Positions 59,547-64,000 of a stretch of DNA of 64,000 nt are shown here, piece by piece. The DNA is from Candidatus Latescibacterota bacterium (lineage in GTDB: Bacteria; Latescibacterota; UBA2968; GCA-2709665), in contig OZ244937.1 in assembly GCA_965222075.1 (NCBI GenBank), positions 4,128,001 through 4,192,000 on the forward strand, given 5' to 3'. Made by a program: the position numbers and the translations under genes. The notes under the pieces are model-generated. The model searched no databases. It was not told the origin of the DNA and was given only the letters and a program-made list of their open reading frames with translations. The first letter of the stretch is position 1, and every line of letters begins with the position of its first letter.

Positions 59547-60316
59547 CACCCGCAGAACAGATCGTCCACTACCACACCTTCGGCTTTCTGGCCCTTCGTC
59601 AGGCGTTCGGCCCCGACGAAATCGCCGAGATCAGCCGGACCTACGACGACCTGCTCGAGCAGGACCGCCAGGGAGAGGCCTTTTCGGGCGAAAAACGGCA
59701 GACCCTCTTCGGCATCGCCGAAAAGCATCCCCTCCTGATCCGTCTTGTTGAAGACGACCGCATCTACGAAACCGTCGAACGCCTGCTGGGCCCCGGCTTC
59801 ATCTGGCTCTGCTCCGAGGGCAACCTCTACGTCGGCGACACCGAGTGGCATCCAGACGGCGGCAGCATCCTCGACTATTCATTTATGAAAGTCTCGCTGT
59901 ATCTGGATCCCCTCACCCGGGACACCGGCTGCCTGCGCGTGCTCCCGGGCTCCCACCGCCTGCCCTTCCACGGCGACCTCAAGCCCTTCGACAAATTCGG
60001 GTTCTCCGGGCCCGACGTTCCATGCTTCTTCCTGGAATCGCGTCCCGGAGACGTCTTTTTCCTGAACATGAACATGTGGCACGCCTCTTTCGGCGGCAGC
60101 CCCGGTCGGCGTCACCTCGCCCTCAACTTTTCTCCCGAACCGACGCAAGAGGAACACATCGCCATGTTGAAGCGGGACTATCAGGGCATCTTCAGGCTGA
60201 TGGAACGGTTTCAATACAGTCGTCCCGACCGTGTGTACACAGACGCCTTCCTCCACAGCGACAGCCCGCGTATCCAGCATCTGACCTCAACGTGGGTGGA
60301 ACTGGGGTTAAAGTAG
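59543..60316 (+). CDS. PhyH-family dioxygenase
   Basis: WHPD, GCLRVLPGSH and WHAS motifs. Confidence 0.85.
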   Translation: MTPAEQIVHYHTFGFLALRQAFGPDEIAEISRTYDDLLEQDRQGEAFSGEKRQTLFGIAEKHPLLIRLVEDDRIYETVERLLGPGFIWLCSEGNLYVGDTEWHPDGGSILDYSFMKVSLYLDPLTRDTGCLRVLPGSHRLPFHGDLKPFDKFGFSGPDVPCFFLESRPGDVFFLNMNMWHASFGGSPGRRHLALNFSPEPTQEEHIAMLKRDYQGIFRLMERFQYSRPDRVYTDAFLHSDSPRIQHLTSTWVELGLK

Positions 60317-60397
60317 ACACGACATTGGTAATTAAGGTTGTAATGCGACCGGTACCACCTCCCTCAGGCGTCTGACACTCCTGCCCCGATTAAAGCC

Positions 60398-61213
60398 CTA
60401 CCGGTATGCCGCTACCGCCTGCATCGCCCCCTCCCGGATCAGGGTCAGCTCGTCGACCAACTCGAAAAACCCGCACCCCCTGGCGATCCACCTCGTCCCC
60501 GCCTTCGGCCCCGAGGGCGTCGTGCCGAACGGCACCCCGTGCTTCACACATAGCTTCAGGATCTCATCCATCGCCTTCCGCACGCGGGGGTGGTCGTAGT
60601 CCCCGGGGTGTCCCATCGAAATCGAAAAATCGTACGGCCCCACGTAGATCATATCTAAGTGCGGCGTCGTAATAATCTCCTCCGCATTCTCATACCCCAG
60701 CCCCGTCTCGATGTGCGCCACGATCAGCGTCGACTGGTTGGCCTTCCGCAGCCACGCCCGGTCGTCTTCGGGCAAGACACAGTCCGTATTCCCAAAACCG
60801 GGCGCCCCTGCCCGCGTCCCCACCGGGGGGAACTTCACGAAATCGGCCAGCGTCAGCAGGTCCTCGCGCGACTCCGTGCGCGGAAGCTGGATGCCCACCA
60901 CGCCCGCCTCAAGAAGCCGTGCCACCTCAGGCCGGTTCAGCTCGCCCACCTTGGAAATCACCGGCATCCGGTTGTCCCGAGCGCACAACACAAAATCCGA
61001 CATCTCGGCACCGTCGCAGAAGATATGCTCCTTATCCACGAAAATAAAGTCGAACCCCGCATCGCAAAACATCTTAACCAGTGAAGGCCGCAGGTACTCG
61101 GACGCCATCGCGCCTAAAACCACATCCCCCGATTTCAGACGCCGTTTGAAATCGCGTCCCAGGGCGGTGGGATCCTGCCTGCGACTGCGCCGGGCCGTTC
61201 TCGTTTTGGCCAT
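60398..61213 (-). CDS. HpcH/HpaI aldolase family protein
   Basis: DFIFVDKEH, PPVGTR, HIET and VGPYDFS motifs. Confidence 0.85.
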   Translation of the reverse strand: MAKTRTARRSRRQDPTALGRDFKRRLKSGDVVLGAMASEYLRPSLVKMFCDAGFDFIFVDKEHIFCDGAEMSDFVLCARDNRMPVISKVGELNRPEVARLLEAGVVGIQLPRTESREDLLTLADFVKFPPVGTRAGAPGFGNTDCVLPEDDRAWLRKANQSTLIVAHIETGLGYENAEEIITTPHLDMIYVGPYDFSISMGHPGDYDHPRVRKAMDEILKLCVKHGVPFGTTPSGPKAGTRWIARGCGFFELVDELTLIREGAMQAVAAYR

Positions 61214-61284
61214 GCGTATCCTCCGAAAAAAATGTTAACTCAAGCAACTTATGATATATCTGGGACCTGCAACTCGTTTCACGC

Positions 61285-62247
61285 TCAGAACTTCAGTACA
61301 ATCTTAACCGCACGCTCCCTTTCGGGGTGGTCAAACGCCAGTTCGAACGCCTCCTGGATCTCCCCGAAGGGCCGCACGTGGGTCAGCATCGGGCGCACAT
61401 CCAGCCGTCCCTGCGTAATCCAGTCTAAGGCAATCGTGTAGTCCACCTCCGGGTTGGGTCCCACAGATGTCACAATACGCAGCTCCTTGCTGAACATCTC
61501 CTTAAAGCGCAGGGTCATAATCCCTTCGGGGTTCTCCTTGTTTGGAACCCCGAAATAAACCAGCGTCCCGTTGCGGCACGTCAGCCTCCCGCACAGGTTA
61601 AACGTCTCCTCCCTGCCCACCGCCTCCACAACGAGGTCCGCCATCTGTCCCCCCGTGATATCCGACACCGCCTCTACCGCATCGCGCTCAGCCGGGTTGA
61701 CCGTGTGCGTCGCCCCCATCGTCTGCGCAGCCTCCAGCCGGTGGACCAGCGGATCGACTCCGACAATATACTTCGCCCCCAGGTTGCGCAGCGTCGCATT
61801 GAAAAGCTGTCCAACAGGACCCTGGCCCACCACCACCGCCTTCTGGTTGATCACGTTCCCCAGCTTGTAGAAACAGTGAATCACCGTACCCAGCAACTGG
61901 CTCATCAGCACGACCTCAGGCTCGAAATTCTCCGGCAGCTTTATGCACCCCCGGGGATCGGCCAGTACGTACTCCTGAAAAAGCCCCCGATCGAACCCCC
62001 ACAGAAGCACCCGGTCCCCCTCCCGGAAGGCTCCCGAAGGGCAGGCCTCCACAATTCCCAGACCTTCGTGTCCCGTGCTTCCGGGGGAAAGCAAGTAGGA
62101 GGGACTGATCCCGCAAAACGCCGGCTTATCCGTCCCGCAGATTCCCACTCGCTCCAGGCGCACGAGCATCAGATCGTCCGTAGCCTCCGGTTTCTCCACC
62201 TCGACAATCTCCCACTTCCGCGGCGCAACCAGTTGAGCTGCTCTCAT
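61285..62247 (-). CDS. Zinc-binding (MDR) dehydrogenase
   Basis: GICGTD, GHEG and GQGPVG motifs. Confidence 0.85.
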   Translation of the reverse strand: MRAAQLVAPRKWEIVEVEKPEATDDLMLVRLERVGICGTDKPAFCGISPSYLLSPGSTGHEGLGIVEACPSGAFREGDRVLLWGFDRGLFQEYVLADPRGCIKLPENFEPEVVLMSQLLGTVIHCFYKLGNVINQKAVVVGQGPVGQLFNATLRNLGAKYIVGVDPLVHRLEAAQTMGATHTVNPAERDAVEAVSDITGGQMADLVVEAVGREETFNLCGRLTCRNGTLVYFGVPNKENPEGIMTLRFKEMFSKELRIVTSVGPNPEVDYTIALDWITQGRLDVRPMLTHVRPFGEIQEAFELAFDHPERERAVKIVLKF

Positions 62248-62286
62248 CGGCACCTGCCTTTCTCTGCGTCTTTAATCTGTGATTCG

Positions 62287-63549
62287 CTATTCCCACACCG
62301 GCCAATCCGTCTGCTGCAGCCGTGTCCATATCCTGTCGAATTTCTCGCTCCCGTCGTCTTCCCACTCGTCCAGCCGCACGTCCGGCGCGAACGACTCGTC
62401 CACCCCCTGCTTCATCAGCCGCTCGGCCTGCTGTAAATTCCGGTAATAGTGTTTGATCCCGCCCGGCAGGCTCACCACCGAAACATGCCGGAGCCAGTCC
62501 ACCGCAGGTGTTCGGGCATACCGCGCCACTGCATCCTCGTCCAGTTCCACCCCCAGCCCCGGTTCCTCCGGCACCTTCATAAACCCCCGCTGCACCGCGT
62601 GCGCCTCCACAATCAGATCGTCCTGGTACGTGTGGGAAGCCGTCACTCCCGGCAGCGTCGCCGTGGGCATCACCGCCCCCATCTGGCAGGCGAACGCCGT
62701 CGTAATCCCCGTGCCCACGTACTGCAGCAGAATCGGCGTGTTCGCCGCTGCGAACACCCAGCCCGCAGCCAGCGCGTTTCCAATCTGCTCGTGGCTGCAA
62801 AGCGCCCCCTCAAAATCCCCGGCCCGCAGCCCGGTCCACGGCCCCGAAGGCTGCCGCGACGCCGGCTCGCACAGCACCCCTACCCCGTGCAGGTAAAACG
62901 GAATCCGCACCTCCCTGTGCAGCCGCCGCCACCCCTCGATATCGTAGGCAAAAATCGGCTCCTCCACCCCCTTCACCACCGGAAACCGCTCAAGCTGCCG
63001 CAGCACCGGCAGCGCCTTCTCCACGCAGATCAGCGCCCCGTTAAAATCGAACTCCACCCGAAAATCCGGGGGCGCGACCTCCTGGATCGCCTGCGCACAT
63101 TCCACCACATCGTAAAACGCCCGCGCCTTGCACTTCAGCCCCCGGTAGCCCCGTTCTGCGGCCACCTCGACCTCCACCGCCGTATCCTCCGGAGACATCG
63201 AAGGCATCCACCAGCCCATCGCTACCCACTGCCTTGCCTGCTGTCCCATCAGCTTCCATGCCGGCAGCCTGAGGTGTTTGCCCATCAGATCGTAGCAGGC
63301 CATATCCAGATTGAACGACCCCTGCCCCATTACATGGTCGAACGGATCGGTGCCCAGATAGGCGTCCAGCGCCTCCTGTCCGTAAGGCGGCCCCACCTTT
63401 TCCCCCAGACCGACCAGACCGGTATCGGTATGAAACTTATAAACCGTCACCTCTTCCGTCATCGCAAAATGGTAAAACCGTTTCCGAATCCGTTCCTCGT
63501 AGGGCACGCGCAGGGCGATCGGTTCGATCTCGGTGATTTTCATCATCAT
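62287..63549 (-). CDS. Mandelate racemase/muconate-lactonizing enzyme family protein
   Basis: GLGE, DLMGK, KCK, DFN, EEP and PGLGVELD motifs. Confidence 0.85.
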   Translation of the reverse strand: MMMKITEIEPIALRVPYEERIRKRFYHFAMTEEVTVYKFHTDTGLVGLGEKVGPPYGQEALDAYLGTDPFDHVMGQGSFNLDMACYDLMGKHLRLPAWKLMGQQARQWVAMGWWMPSMSPEDTAVEVEVAAERGYRGLKCKARAFYDVVECAQAIQEVAPPDFRVEFDFNGALICVEKALPVLRQLERFPVVKGVEEPIFAYDIEGWRRLHREVRIPFYLHGVGVLCEPASRQPSGPWTGLRAGDFEGALCSHEQIGNALAAGWVFAAANTPILLQYVGTGITTAFACQMGAVMPTATLPGVTASHTYQDDLIVEAHAVQRGFMKVPEEPGLGVELDEDAVARYARTPAVDWLRHVSVVSLPGGIKHYYRNLQQAERLMKQGVDESFAPDVRLDEWEDDGSEKFDRIWTRLQQTDWPVWE

Positions 63550-63592
63550 GCTCCTTTGAAATGGCGGGCGGGCGCAACGTCGTGGAAAATTT

Positions 63593-63620
63593 TTGACATC
63601 GCATGCTTCTTGTGTATATT
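63593..63620 (+). promoter_or_regulatory. sigma70-type promoter
   Basis: TTGACA-16 bp-TATATT with an extended TG. Confidence 0.5.
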
Positions 63621-63813
63621 GGGCCTAACCCCCTGTCTCCCTTCCCGAAAGGGAGAGCCTCCTAACAGACATCTGTGACGGACAACTTACGTTCTTCCTT
63701 CCACAAACGGTTCTCAATGCCCGTAAGCATTGGGGTCCTGCACCGATCGTACCCGAAGCACGGCGTTCCGGTCTTCCACAAGGCCAAACGAAAATTTTTC
63801 AAAGAGGTCCTCC

Positions 63814-64000
63814 ATGGCAAACCGACCCAATATCCTGATGTTTCTGCCCGACGGCATGCAGGCGCAGGTCGTCCGGCCCGGCCACGACTGTCAGACCCCC
63901 AGCTTCGACCGCCTGGCCGAACGCGGCATCCGCTTCAACCGCGCCCACACGCCCTTGCCCACCTGCTCTCCTGCCCGCGCCAGCCTCATGACCGGCCTGC
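63814..64000 (+). CDS. Sulfatase, 3'-partial
   Basis: MANRPNILMF and CSPARASLMTG; GAGG RBS. Confidence 0.85.
   Translation, partial: MANRPNILMFLPDGMQAQVVRPGHDCQTPSFDRLAERGIRFNRAHTPLPTCSPARASLMTGL

Noticed and set aside
63620-63800. Riboswitch or ncRNA upstream of the terminal sulfatase
   Set aside because: Only a REP-like hairpin and a short cttccacaa repeat; no recognisable RNA family.

Overview
GC-rich bacterial chromosome from a diderm (BamA-family gene). The many sulfatase, PhyH, HpcH and Ldh_2 genes suggest a Latescibacterota/Poribacteria-like heterotroph (inference only). The flanks (1-29 kb and 48.8-64 kb) hold housekeeping and catabolic genes: parE/parC, sat, clpP, hemE-hemH-hemG, serS and sugar-acid/sulfatase enzymes. 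The centre (~29.1-48.7 kb) is a lower-GC integron-type gene-cassette array on the - strand, with 13 attC sites of one branched-hairpin family and no integrase in the window (CALIN). Its cargo is GNATs, methyltransferases, a sulfotransferase, SDR, FabI, an M55 peptidase, kinases, a TPR protein and an ECF sigma/anti-sigma module with its own divergent promoters. One cassette has compensatory GAT/ATC cores instead of GTT/AAC. The array contains nested mobile elements: an IS630 carries an IS5-family IS, and that IS was hit three times by a 25-27 bp palindromic mini-element. All three inserts sit at TA^TCNG, in the same orientation, with no target duplication; this is the most unusual signal in the window. 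An ISKra4 splits the sulfotransferase cassette. A 134-bp dispersed repeat sits at two intra-operon junctions. No rRNA, tRNA or CRISPR array was seen.
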